Position numbers and translations under genes: made by a program
Virus record (IMG/VR): IMGVR_UViG_3300006919_000039
Origin: an uncultured virus (IMG/VR IMGVR_UViG_3300006919_000039)
Taxonomy: Duplodnaviria > Heunggongvirae > Uroviricota > Caudoviricetes
Reading direction: 5' to 3' (one strand)
DNA: 64,000 bases
Notes under the pieces: model-generated
The model's database searches: none
The model's input: the letters and a program-made list of their open reading frames with translations, nothing else
Told to the model about the DNA's origin: nothing
Shown: piece after piece, positions 37,675 through 47,154 of the stretch
Layout of the letters: every line of letters starts with the position of its first letter
Numbering within the stretch: position 1 is the stretch's first letter

Positions 37675-40600
37675 AATTTCTCTAGCCAGTCAAAGTCATT
37701 TATATTATTTAATTGTTCAGCATTATTTTTATTTTCTAATGCGAACTGTTTTCCCTCTAGTGCTCCTTTTACTGCTTCTGCACTAAACTCCTCATCGCCC
37801 CTAGTGTTGATCCAAGTGTCTAATCTTTGTCTACTTTCCTCATCATCATTAATTGTAAGTTTAACACATTCTCTAAAAGCACTTCTCCATGTGCTAAATG
37901 CGTCTGTGTTAAACTTGGTTATACAACTAATCTGAGGCATGGATTTAAATCTACTACTTAAACCAGTTGTAAAATCCATCCCCCAAGAATTTGCATTTAA
38001 AACTAATTCTGTAGGAAATAATTTTACTCCTCCATAACCATATTCTAATCCATTTACTGGATTTTTACTCCCCCAAACATGAACAACTTCTTCATCATAA
38101 ACATCTGGTATATAACTGAAGTCAAAATCTTTCATTAATTTAGCATCAGCATCTATAACCCAAAACATTTTACTTTGTACTCTTGTAGCCGCAGTTTGAT
38201 GTGCATTAAATATTCCTTTTATGTCTCTTATCCATATAAGTTTAAGTGTAGCATTTGTGCTTCTGATATGATCCTGTAAATTACTAAAATTCTTATCAGC
38301 ATCAGGTTCATGATAACTTAAATACACAATATCGAAAGGCTTACTAACACTACCTACTTCTCTAACATATTGCAAATTTCTAAATCTATTTAATCTAAGC
38401 TCGTCTGATTTAATCTTGTCAAAATTCATACTTGTTGGCCATAGTCTTACACCGCCATAACCATGAACATTCATATTTAGTGGGTTTTGTTTTTGCCAAC
38501 AATGTATTTTATCTACATCGGTTATCACAGGCATAAAACCACTGTCTAATAAACTTTTATTTTCTGTTACATCTGGGTCTACAGTCCATACAAAAGGTTC
38601 TTTTACTTTTTTAATTTTTTCTTTGAACTCTTTTATATCTAAAGTGTCTAATTTTATTACTGGCCATTTAGGTTTTACACTTGCAACAACATTTATTTCT
38701 TTTAAGTTTTTAAAACTGTTATTTGCTATCTCTTTATCTGAATATTGGTTATCCAAAAATGTATTTTTAGGCACTAGTCTTACATTTCTAAACTCATTTT
38801 TACTGTTACTGAATACATGTACATTATTTTTATCCCACTGAGTAGGGTAAAAACTAAAGTCAAAGTCCTGGTCTAATTGTGTAAATGCATCTACTACCCA
38901 GTACATGTCAAGCTCAGACATGCCCGATAGACGCTCGTATGTGCTCTGTAAGCCGTTTTTATAGTCTTCTGGTGTAAGATTATATATAGGATATTGCTTT
39001 TGTGTACAGACTGGTTCTCGCATGTATTTGGGTCTACCTTTTGTTTGTGCCTTTTTAGGACATAGCATTACACCTCCATAATCGTACTGTCTGCCTGTAA
39101 TAGGATTTAGTTTTTGCCATACATGTGTCTTATTTTCGTCCCAGGTGTCTGGAATAAAGTCAAAATTAAAGTCATCATGTACATCTACATCTGGGTCTAT
39201 TACCCAAAACCATTCGTGTTTAGTATTTTTTCTACCTTCTTGTTCATTATCAAATTTTTCAAACTCTATAATTTCTACATCTGTTAGTAAGCCTTGGTAT
39301 TTTGTGTCTTGTGTATTAAAATCCTTTGGTACAAGTTTTATTCCGCCACACCTGTTATCACTTACATTTGTTATACTACGTGGGTATTTGTGCTCTAATT
39401 GGCCTGGTAGTTTAAATATATTAATATATCCTTGTTCACTGTAAGGAGGTACCCATTTAATAACCTCAGATAAAACATGTTCAGAATCTACTAACCAGAA
39501 TGCATCTGTTCTACTTTTTCTACTAAAAGTATTATAGTCATTTATATTATCTGTAAAGAATATATCATATCTTACAGGTACTATTTCAGTATGTAATTTT
39601 TGTTTTGTGAAATCAAATTCTTTATGTACTAGATATATACCTGCAACTCTATCGTCCCAAAGTTCTATTACCTCAGGTAAATATCTATGCTCTAATCCCC
39701 ATTTAAATACATGTATATATTCTTTTTCATGCTTTCCAGGCACATATAAAAGTTTACCATTAAAGTCGTAATCTCTATCTATTACCCAAAACCAATCTGT
39801 TTCTGAACGTTTAGCATAAAACTCAAATGTTTCTGCATCAAACTTTTTGTTTGTATAAAATACATCATAATTTTGATCTTCTATAGGACAATCTTTATGT
39901 ATTTTTATTTCTGCGTCCTTCCATTTTTTAGGTATTAAACGTATGCCTCCCATCTCTTCTGGATACTTTTCTGTAAGTTGATAAGGCATACGAAAAACAT
40001 GTATCATATCTTGCTCAAATGGATTAGGCACCCAATCAAAAGTTTTATGATTTACATGATGTTTTGCATCTATAAGCCAAACATAATCATGATCAAAAGT
40101 ATTTCTTTGTGAATAGTCATCTACATCCTTTACAAACATAACAGGATATTCTAAATTTATATCTAGAAAATTATGATATTTTACATCAGCAGTTTTCCAT
40201 TCTCTGGGATATAATTTTATACCGCCTTCTTCTGCAGGATACTTATGCTCTAATTGTCCACGTAAATGAAAACTATGTATAAAGTTAGGTTCAAAATTAC
40301 TTGGAGCCCAATTTATATCTTCTGGTAGTATGTATTCTTTATCAATACACCATACATGACTTGCATATGGATTTTTATCAAAATATTTTGCTGGTGTTTT
40401 TGTATAAAGTTTATCAAAAGTTTTTTTACAAACAATTTTGTTTATTTCTTTTGTGCCTTCAGATTTACTTTTTGGTATTAATCTTATTCCACCATAATTT
40501 TGTTTATCCCATTTCCATATATGAGTATAATTCATATCATAAGTTTCTGGTCTAAAATCAAATATATCTGTATCGGTTATCTCTATATTAGGGTCTACTA

Positions 40601-40712
40601 CCCAATACATCTTTGTTTTGGCCTTTATTTCAGAAGTATCTTCAATCTGTGTTGCAAATGGCAGTAGCGAACTTAATTGTTTATTATTACCTATGTAAAA
40701 TATATCAAACAT
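37656..40712 (-). CDS. 1018-aa protein of tandem glycosyltransferase-like repeats
   Basis: About 8-9 units of W(V/L)(V/I)D...F.(F/W).P......H.(W/F)....GG(I/V).L.P; the last unit is complete (WVIDAD, WRSAFRECVKL) and resembles 58552-59550. Confidence 0.65.
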   Translation of the reverse strand: MFDIFYIGNNKQLSSLLPFATQIEDTSEIKAKTKMYWVVDPNIEITDTDIFDFRPETYDMNYTHIWKWDKQNYGGIRLIPKSKSEGTKEINKIVCKKTFDKLYTKTPAKYFDKNPYASHVWCIDKEYILPEDINWAPSNFEPNFIHSFHLRGQLEHKYPAEEGGIKLYPREWKTADVKYHNFLDINLEYPVMFVKDVDDYSQRNTFDHDYVWLIDAKHHVNHKTFDWVPNPFEQDMIHVFRMPYQLTEKYPEEMGGIRLIPKKWKDAEIKIHKDCPIEDQNYDVFYTNKKFDAETFEFYAKRSETDWFWVIDRDYDFNGKLLYVPGKHEKEYIHVFKWGLEHRYLPEVIELWDDRVAGIYLVHKEFDFTKQKLHTEIVPVRYDIFFTDNINDYNTFSRKSRTDAFWLVDSEHVLSEVIKWVPPYSEQGYINIFKLPGQLEHKYPRSITNVSDNRCGGIKLVPKDFNTQDTKYQGLLTDVEIIEFEKFDNEQEGRKNTKHEWFWVIDPDVDVHDDFNFDFIPDTWDENKTHVWQKLNPITGRQYDYGGVMLCPKKAQTKGRPKYMREPVCTQKQYPIYNLTPEDYKNGLQSTYERLSGMSELDMYWVVDAFTQLDQDFDFSFYPTQWDKNNVHVFSNSKNEFRNVRLVPKNTFLDNQYSDKEIANNSFKNLKEINVVASVKPKWPVIKLDTLDIKEFKEKIKKVKEPFVWTVDPDVTENKSLLDSGFMPVITDVDKIHCWQKQNPLNMNVHGYGGVRLWPTSMNFDKIKSDELRLNRFRNLQYVREVGSVSKPFDIVYLSYHEPDADKNFSNLQDHIRSTNATLKLIWIRDIKGIFNAHQTAATRVQSKMFWVIDADAKLMKDFDFSYIPDVYDEEVVHVWGSKNPVNGLEYGYGGVKLFPTELVLNANSWGMDFTTGLSSRFKSMPQISCITKFNTDAFSTWRSAFRECVKLTINDDEESRQRLDTWINTRGDEEFSAEAVKGALEGKQFALENKNNAEQLNNINDFDWLEKLWKKSI

Positions 40713-40902
40713 TATGCTTCTCTATTATACCTTGTGCTATATCACTTATTTTTTTTACGGATTCATTCAAGGAGTCATATCTTTTCTTAAGTTCTGCTCC
40801 ATAAACTGGACATACGCCTCTATGGTTAGGTAATTCGCCACCACAAGTTGTACATTTGCCTTCTAATTTATATTGTATTGAGCGCCAATCAGTCTCTGAC
40901 AT
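40705..40902 (-). CDS. Small zinc-binding protein
   Basis: CTTCGG....H...C. Confidence 0.55.
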   Translation of the reverse strand: MSETDWRSIQYKLEGKCTTCGGELPNHRGVCPVYGAELKKRYDSLNESVKKISDIAQGIIEKHNV

Positions 40903-42403
40903 GTACCTTTACTCCGTAATGTTTGGCAAAGGCTTCTGCGTCTGCTTCATCATTTACAATGGGTTGTCCTTTTATGTTTAAACTGGTATTAAGTAACATT
41001 GGGCACCCACTCTTTTTGTAAAAAGATGTAAGCAGTTCATGTAGATCAGGATGTTCTTCCTGCCTGACTGTTTGCACACGGCTAGTTCCGTCTGCGTGAA
41101 TTATAGCAGGGAATTCATCTGGTTTTTTACACTTTGCTACAAACTGCATATATGGAGCATGATTTATACCACCGGGCATTTCAAAATAATCATGTACATG
41201 CTCCTCCAGTATCATTGGCGCAAATGGTCTAAACTTTTGACGTTTCTTGATCACATTCATTTGATCTTTTACGTCTGGCCCTCTAGGGTCAGCACATAGG
41301 CTTCTATTACCTAATGCACGTGGCCCGAACTCAGCTCTACCATTTGCTATCCCAAAAAGTTCCCCCTTTTTTAAACTTGCTAATGCTTTTTTAATTGGAT
41401 ATTTTCCTTCTATATTGTAACCTAGGTAAGGTGTTTTCCAATTAATACGTTCTCCTGTAGTATTGTATAGTTCAAGTGCGGCGGCACCTAAACTGCTCCC
41501 ACAATCTCCAGGGTTAGGCATTATAAAAATATTTTTAAAAGTATCAAATAGTAAACTGTTTGCTACACAGTTTAGTGCTACACCTCCCATGTAAACTAAA
41601 TTGTTACTTCCTGTTAGTTCTTTGGCAAATTGGGCATAAGAATTTACCCTTTCTTCCACTTGTTCTTGAGCCGCGGCCGCCAAATCAAAATCATCTACAC
41701 CTACAAAACTGTTAATAGGTAATCCTCGTTGTAAATTTTCTTTCATTATAATAGACTGTCTATGACTTACCCAAGGATGTTTGTATTTAAAAAATCTTTT
41801 ACCCATCTTTTTACTTAATGGCTTCCAATTTTCTCTTTTACCATATGCCGCCATGCCCATTAAGATGTATTCGTCTTCCATAGGTTTTAGTCCTACATGC
41901 TGTGTTACTGCACTATAAAATAAACCTAAACTGTTTGGGAAATTTACACTATGTAACCTTTTTAATTTGCCTTCTTGCCAATGCCATATGGTTGCTGTGT
42001 TAAATTCACCTATAGCATCTATAACCATAACAGCACATTCGTCAAAATTACTGCTTAATACACCTGCGGCCGCATGTGTTTCATGATGTAAATATTCTTT
42101 AATTGGAATGTCTTTAAGTTCAGGATAAAACTTTTTGATCCATTTCTTTTGTGTTGGCTCTAATAATGCTCTCCAATTACCGTTTACTAAATTTCTGCAT
42201 TTTTTAAGCCATGCTTTTTCGTGTAATACAATTACATCTGGTTTACCACCCGCTAAAGCATCTGAAATTATTTCATGATTAATCCAGGCATCATTTTTTA
42301 TTTTGCTGTATCTTTCTGAATGACTAGCAAATTCTATTTCATTGCCGTCCAGCATACAAACACCAGCATCGTGAAATCCAAAACTTAATCCAAGTGTTCT
42401 CAT
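40889..42403 (-). CDS. O-carbamoyltransferase (NodU/CmcH/TobZ family)
   Basis: HDAG, ERYS..K, HHETHAA, GGVALNC, EFGPRALGNRS, RPFAP, LNTSLN. Confidence 0.95.
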   Translation of the reverse strand: MRTLGLSFGFHDAGVCMLDGNEIEFASHSERYSKIKNDAWINHEIISDALAGGKPDVIVLHEKAWLKKCRNLVNGNWRALLEPTQKKWIKKFYPELKDIPIKEYLHHETHAAAGVLSSNFDECAVMVIDAIGEFNTATIWHWQEGKLKRLHSVNFPNSLGLFYSAVTQHVGLKPMEDEYILMGMAAYGKRENWKPLSKKMGKRFFKYKHPWVSHRQSIIMKENLQRGLPINSFVGVDDFDLAAAAQEQVEERVNSYAQFAKELTGSNNLVYMGGVALNCVANSLLFDTFKNIFIMPNPGDCGSSLGAAALELYNTTGERINWKTPYLGYNIEGKYPIKKALASLKKGELFGIANGRAEFGPRALGNRSLCADPRGPDVKDQMNVIKKRQKFRPFAPMILEEHVHDYFEMPGGINHAPYMQFVAKCKKPDEFPAIIHADGTSRVQTVRQEEHPDLHELLTSFYKKSGCPMLLNTSLNIKGQPIVNDEADAEAFAKHYGVKVHVRD

Positions 42404-42537
42404 CTGTATATAAAAGGGTCTCTTTTGCGAAGCTCTTCTAACTTCTTTTTAAGTTGTTCTTCTTCCTCTTTTGTTAATGATAAATCATCTACTTTAGAGT
42501 TATCCTCTTTTTTGTTTTCTTCTTTTTTATTATCCAT
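42400..42537 (-). CDS. 45-aa microprotein ending RKRDPFIYR (not in ORF track)
   Basis: MDNKKEENKKEDNSKVDDLSLTKEEEEQLKKKLEELRKRDPFIYR*; ATGA-coupled to the carbamoyltransferase. Confidence 0.7.
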   Translation of the reverse strand: MDNKKEENKKEDNSKVDDLSLTKEEEEQLKKKLEELRKRDPFIYR

Positions 42538-43159
42538 TATAAGTATCCATAAAACTTTTTAACTCAAGAAATATTTTTTTATATAATAATTGATGCGATA
42601 TGTGTTTACTTTCATCAAATCCTTCAGGATATAATTTTAAATATCTCTCTATAAAACTATCATGTGGCATATAATATTTACTTGTATCTATGCTATTCCA
42701 TAAAGGTTCATGGCAGTCTTTAGGTATTGAATTGTACATATTACAATAAATATAATCTATATTTTTACTTTTAAAATACTCTTGCAAACCTATCTGATAT
42801 ATTAATAAATTATACAAACCTACCTTCCAATTAGTCATATGCAAATCAGCAAAATTTAAAAATTTTTGTAAGTCTGGATTATCTGATTGTTTGCCTAGAG
42901 AATATTGATATACTCCTTCGTCAAAATTAAACTCGAATCGTTCGTGAGTTGTCCAACCTATTATAACTAAGTCAACATTGTGTCTTTCACAATATTCTAT
43001 GGTTGATTTAAAAATAGCAAAGTTACTGTTGCCACCTACAGCAATATTATTTGTATCATAACTTTTAAAATAGTCATTAAATGAGTGTGGCTTATATTCT
43101 AAACTAGGTCCTTGTATTCCTGAGGTATGACTACACCCGTTAATTAAAAGTTTTTTCAT
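42530..43159 (-). CDS. SGNH-like hydrolase-fold protein
   Basis: NGCSHT, NIAVGGNSN, IIGWT..ER, C-terminal His. Confidence 0.6.
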   Translation of the reverse strand: MKKLLINGCSHTSGIQGPSLEYKPHSFNDYFKSYDTNNIAVGGNSNFAIFKSTIEYCERHNVDLVIIGWTTHERFEFNFDEGVYQYSLGKQSDNPDLQKFLNFADLHMTNWKVGLYNLLIYQIGLQEYFKSKNIDYIYCNMYNSIPKDCHEPLWNSIDTSKYYMPHDSFIERYLKLYPEGFDESKHISHQLLYKKIFLELKSFMDTYNG

Positions 43160-44475
43160 CTATTGCTTTTGTACATCAAATTAAATAACTCTGGAAATGC
43201 TTCTTCCATAGATTCGTCTCTATTATTATCTAATAGCTCAGTATATTTTTGGAATGTTGCTAGTTCCTGTCTCCAATTTGCATGTCTTCTTTCTTTAAGA
43301 GCATTAATCGTTGCTGTAACTGTTTGTATATTAATATCTCTTTTGGCTAATATTTCACTTCTCTGTAACCACTGCTCTAATCTACCAATTGCAACTTCTC
43401 TTACTTGATCAGGACAGTTTCTAAAGTCTAAACTTGTAGGATAATCGCAAATTAAGAATGTAACAAATATTTCTCTACCGTATTCCTTTTCTAATTCTTC
43501 GCAATAGTCTAATAATTTTGTTATTGTTAAAACATTATAAATTTGTATTACAGGAGAAAAGTTTACGGTTCCAACTACATCGCTTTCACAATATTTTCTT
43601 ATGTTTTTATCTACTTGTTTCCAATGACTTGCACCACGGATATATTCGTTTTCACTTCCATAAGCATCAACACTAACACACATTAATACACTTTTAAATT
43701 GCTCTACAAGGTTTATAAAACGTTTTTGTACATTAGTCATGTTACTGTTAAAAACTAAATCTATATCTTTTGCTATACCCATTTCAACACATTTTTCCAT
43801 TATCCAATATACACGTTCTATAATGGTAGGCTCACCGCCAGTAAAATATAATCTGTTTACACCAGGTAACCATTCTTCTACTTGTCTTAAAAACTCAGGA
43901 TCGTCTTCCCAAGGTGTTACGTGGTCAGCAAAATGCCCCCATGTAAAATTATCCTTTATAAATTGTGCTGATTCAGGACTTTTACTTTCTATCTTTTTAT
44001 ATTCTTTTTGTATTTGGCTTGAATTTTGTGGCTGACACATTCTGCATTTCAGGTTACACATGTTGCCAAGTCTAAAGTCTAAGTACATAGGAGGTTCTTC
44101 CACGTGGTAATCGCTTTCAATACTTTTTTCTATTATGTCATGTATTTTTTCTCCATAAGGACTGTACTCAAACCAATCTCTTATGTAATTCAATCTGTAA
44201 CTTGGAAATCCCATATCTTCTTGATCGTAACACCTAGTACATTGAGGTACTGACTCTCCTTCAATCATTTGGCGTCTTACTTCTTTCATATGATTATTGT
44301 TCCATACACTTTCAATTTTATCGCCGTTGTTTAAATTAAACATTGTACCGTCATCATTTTGGAATTGTTTTCTAGCCACACAACAAAAATTAGCCGCTCC
44401 AGTAGGTTGAGTCATTATAGAAATCCATGGATATGGACAAAATGTTTTGTTGTTCATGTAATCTCTATTGCTCAT
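43156..44475 (-). CDS. Radical SAM protein with N-terminal Twitch/SPASM-like domain (#1)
   Basis: CPYPW..CC..CTRC; CNLKCRMC; TGGEP. Confidence 0.9.
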   Translation of the reverse strand: MSNRDYMNNKTFCPYPWISIMTQPTGAANFCCVARKQFQNDDGTMFNLNNGDKIESVWNNNHMKEVRRQMIEGESVPQCTRCYDQEDMGFPSYRLNYIRDWFEYSPYGEKIHDIIEKSIESDYHVEEPPMYLDFRLGNMCNLKCRMCQPQNSSQIQKEYKKIESKSPESAQFIKDNFTWGHFADHVTPWEDDPEFLRQVEEWLPGVNRLYFTGGEPTIIERVYWIMEKCVEMGIAKDIDLVFNSNMTNVQKRFINLVEQFKSVLMCVSVDAYGSENEYIRGASHWKQVDKNIRKYCESDVVGTVNFSPVIQIYNVLTITKLLDYCEELEKEYGREIFVTFLICDYPTSLDFRNCPDQVREVAIGRLEQWLQRSEILAKRDINIQTVTATINALKERRHANWRQELATFQKYTELLDNNRDESMEEAFPELFNLMYKSNR

Positions 44476-44493
44476 ATTTTTTCTCTTTTAAAC

Positions 44494-44511
44494 GGGCTGG
44501 CGAACCAGCCC
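44494..44511 (-). terminator. GC-rich UUCG hairpin (terminator or processing/stability element)
   Basis: GGGCTGG-TTCG-CCAGCCC followed by GTTT. Confidence 0.55.
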
Positions 44512-44597
44512 TATGCTCCTTTATTATCTAGGTTAAAGTCTTCTACACTTCCTTTTACTAGAAATTAATGTGTTACATAAGGTTTACTCCTCTATTG

Positions 44598-45815
44598 CTA
44601 AAACTCCTCTGGGGCATTCCCATAGTTTTTTAATAGTTCATAAAACTCTGGAAATGTGTCTTTAAAACTTTCGCCTCTGAATTGGTCGCTAAATTTCGTT
44701 GATGAATAAAACTTTTCTAATTCTGCTTGGTCGTAATCTACGTCTGTACAATACTTTACTGAACTTACAATATCTGGATGATTGTTACCTCTATACTTAT
44801 CTGCAATTTTTTCTTTTACTGTTGAAGGGAGGACCTTACAACTATAATGTTGTGGAGTATAAACATGATTAAAATATACTGGTAAATCTTGTTTAAAACT
44901 ATCTCGCCATTGCAGTATTTCTTCCATATAATAAATGTTAAAAATACCCACAGTATAACAAATATCTAAATGTATAGAAGGAATATTTAAATCAATAATA
45001 CGTTGTAAATTTTCTTGCACCTGGTCCCATTTAGCAGGGTGTCTGATATATTCAAATTGTTTACCAACACCGTCAAAACTAAAACTAAGAAGTACTCTGT
45101 CAAAATGTTTCCAAATGTCTACACCTTTGTCAGGATATACACTTCCATTTGTATTATACAGTAAAGTCATTTCTTTACTTCTGCCAGACTCTACTAATTT
45201 TTCTAATATATCATAATGCCTTTCTATAAGCAGTGGTTCTCCACCATAAAATTCTAATACTTTTAAATCTGTACTTATGTTTTCAAAATCTTCCCAAAAA
45301 CTTTCATTTGTTTCAGGCCATCTACCTACTTGTCTCATATGGTCCCAAAACTGATTACCATATCCTCTTTGCTCTTGTAAAAACTTGTCGTATTTTTTCT
45401 CTTCTGGTACCCACAAACTACTAGCATAACTACTACAAATTCTACATTTGTTATTACAAATATTACCTAATTTTAAATCCATAGCAATAGGTTTTTCGTT
45501 AATTTTACCTTGCTCTGCTTCTGCTTTTGCATTAGGAAAATCACGTAATGCTCTCTGACGTTTACTATCTATACCGGCGTCTTCGGCAGTCCAGCAACTA
45601 TAACAGGCCTCTGGTTTTTTACCGTCCAAAAAGTCCTGCCTAAGTTTTGCTAACCATTCACTTTTCCAACCATCACTTAATGTGTCTTCTGTTAAGCAAA
45701 ATTTATTTTCAGAATCTTTTTGCATTACTTCGTCCATTTGACAGCAGATAGCAATACCGCCATCAGTTCTGGCTTCTAAATTTACAAACGGCATTGGGCA
45801 AAAATGTTTACTCAT
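44598..45815 (-). CDS. Radical SAM/Twitch protein (#2)
   Basis: Start MSKHFC (ATGA overlap); CNNKCRIC; YGGEP. Confidence 0.9.
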   Translation of the reverse strand: MSKHFCPMPFVNLEARTDGGIAICCQMDEVMQKDSENKFCLTEDTLSDGWKSEWLAKLRQDFLDGKKPEACYSCWTAEDAGIDSKRQRALRDFPNAKAEAEQGKINEKPIAMDLKLGNICNNKCRICSSYASSLWVPEEKKYDKFLQEQRGYGNQFWDHMRQVGRWPETNESFWEDFENISTDLKVLEFYGGEPLLIERHYDILEKLVESGRSKEMTLLYNTNGSVYPDKGVDIWKHFDRVLLSFSFDGVGKQFEYIRHPAKWDQVQENLQRIIDLNIPSIHLDICYTVGIFNIYYMEEILQWRDSFKQDLPVYFNHVYTPQHYSCKVLPSTVKEKIADKYRGNNHPDIVSSVKYCTDVDYDQAELEKFYSSTKFSDQFRGESFKDTFPEFYELLKNYGNAPEEF

Positions 45816-45922
45816 GCTCTGTGCCACTCACCGTTTTTAAATACCACAAGTTCTCCATATTGGTCTAAACTGTATTCTCCTTCTTCAGGATTCTGTGGTT
45901 CTTTTACTTTTATTTTTGTCAT
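45812..45922 (-). CDS. 36-aa microprotein coupled on both sides to radical SAM genes (not in ORF track)
   Basis: MTKIKVKEPQNPEEGEYSLDQYGELVVFKNGEWHRA*; ATGA overlaps at both ends. Confidence 0.7.
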   Translation of the reverse strand: MTKIKVKEPQNPEEGEYSLDQYGELVVFKNGEWHRA

Positions 45923-47154
45923 AACTCTGCTAACTCTGGAAAAACATTTTCAAATGTTTCGTTCCTTAATTTATCAAATTCTACATTAAAATCTTTAAAC
46001 TCTTGCCATAGTTCTGTATGATCATCATCTAAAAACTTAATTGCACTTTTATATCCTTCTGTTGCTCTACCTATATGGTCCTGTGGTTCTAACCATGCTA
46101 AATGTCTTTGCCATTTATTTTTAATTTTATCCTTAAACTCTGTAGGCAACACACTCATTCTAAAACGTGGGTTATTTAGTAGCACATTCATATACCAATC
46201 GCCTGGTTGTATGTAGCCTGCCTCTACCCAGTTCCTATGAAAGTCAGTTATATGCCAGGCATTATAGGCACTTACCGTTGCACTTACATAAAAATCTATT
46301 TCAGGTGCTTTTAATCTTAATCTCTCTATGTTATTTACTACATCTGCCCATTTTGTACCTTTACGTTGATACTCTCCGCGTATTCCTTCTGCATCTAAAC
46401 TTGCACCTATACTAATATTGTCAAAGTTTTTCCATAATTCTAAAACATCATACTTTTTATAATTTAATTTTGTAAAGTTTGTATTATAAAATATTCGTAT
46501 ATCCGTTTTCCCCATCTCTACAAGTTTATTCATTATGGCCCAATGCTCGTCCATTATAATAGGCTCACCACCAGCCCAATATATTTGTTCTATATGTTCT
46601 AACATAGGTTCAAACTCGTCCATAAATCCATCAACATCTTTACGAATCTGTATTATTTGTTCTGTAGGGCTAATGTTAAAACTACTCTTTACAGCATCAG
46701 CAAACCAATTACTACTCAGTTCTGGACCACAGTATCTGCAACGTAAATTACAAACATTACTAAAACGGAAATCTAAATATACAATATGTAAATCATCTAA
46801 ACTACCGTCCGTATTTGTTTTTTCAACTTTATCCCAATGAGGTTCTAACCAGTCTCGGTTACTTCTTACTCTCAAACTGTCGTGTCCTTTATCTTCTTTT
46901 TCATAGCAACGTACACATTGCGAACACTTTTTACCGTTTAACATGTTTAAGCGAACTTGTTTCATTTTTTCGCTATTCCAAACTTCTTGTAAACTATTTT
47001 CTCGCAAATCACCTATATGATCTTCCCAAGGAGAATCACAACATAACATTGTTTTACCATTAGGCCAAGGGTGCATATGAATCCAGGGCAGGATACACAT
47101 TACATCATTTTTACTAATGTCTTCAAAATTTAAACTATTTGACTGTTTATCCAT
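45919..47154 (-). CDS. Radical SAM/Twitch protein (#3)
   Basis: CILPW..CC..CVRC; CNLRCRYC; AGGEP. Confidence 0.9.
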   Translation of the reverse strand: MDKQSNSLNFEDISKNDVMCILPWIHMHPWPNGKTMLCCDSPWEDHIGDLRENSLQEVWNSEKMKQVRLNMLNGKKCSQCVRCYEKEDKGHDSLRVRSNRDWLEPHWDKVEKTNTDGSLDDLHIVYLDFRFSNVCNLRCRYCGPELSSNWFADAVKSSFNISPTEQIIQIRKDVDGFMDEFEPMLEHIEQIYWAGGEPIIMDEHWAIMNKLVEMGKTDIRIFYNTNFTKLNYKKYDVLELWKNFDNISIGASLDAEGIRGEYQRKGTKWADVVNNIERLRLKAPEIDFYVSATVSAYNAWHITDFHRNWVEAGYIQPGDWYMNVLLNNPRFRMSVLPTEFKDKIKNKWQRHLAWLEPQDHIGRATEGYKSAIKFLDDDHTELWQEFKDFNVEFDKLRNETFENVFPELAEL

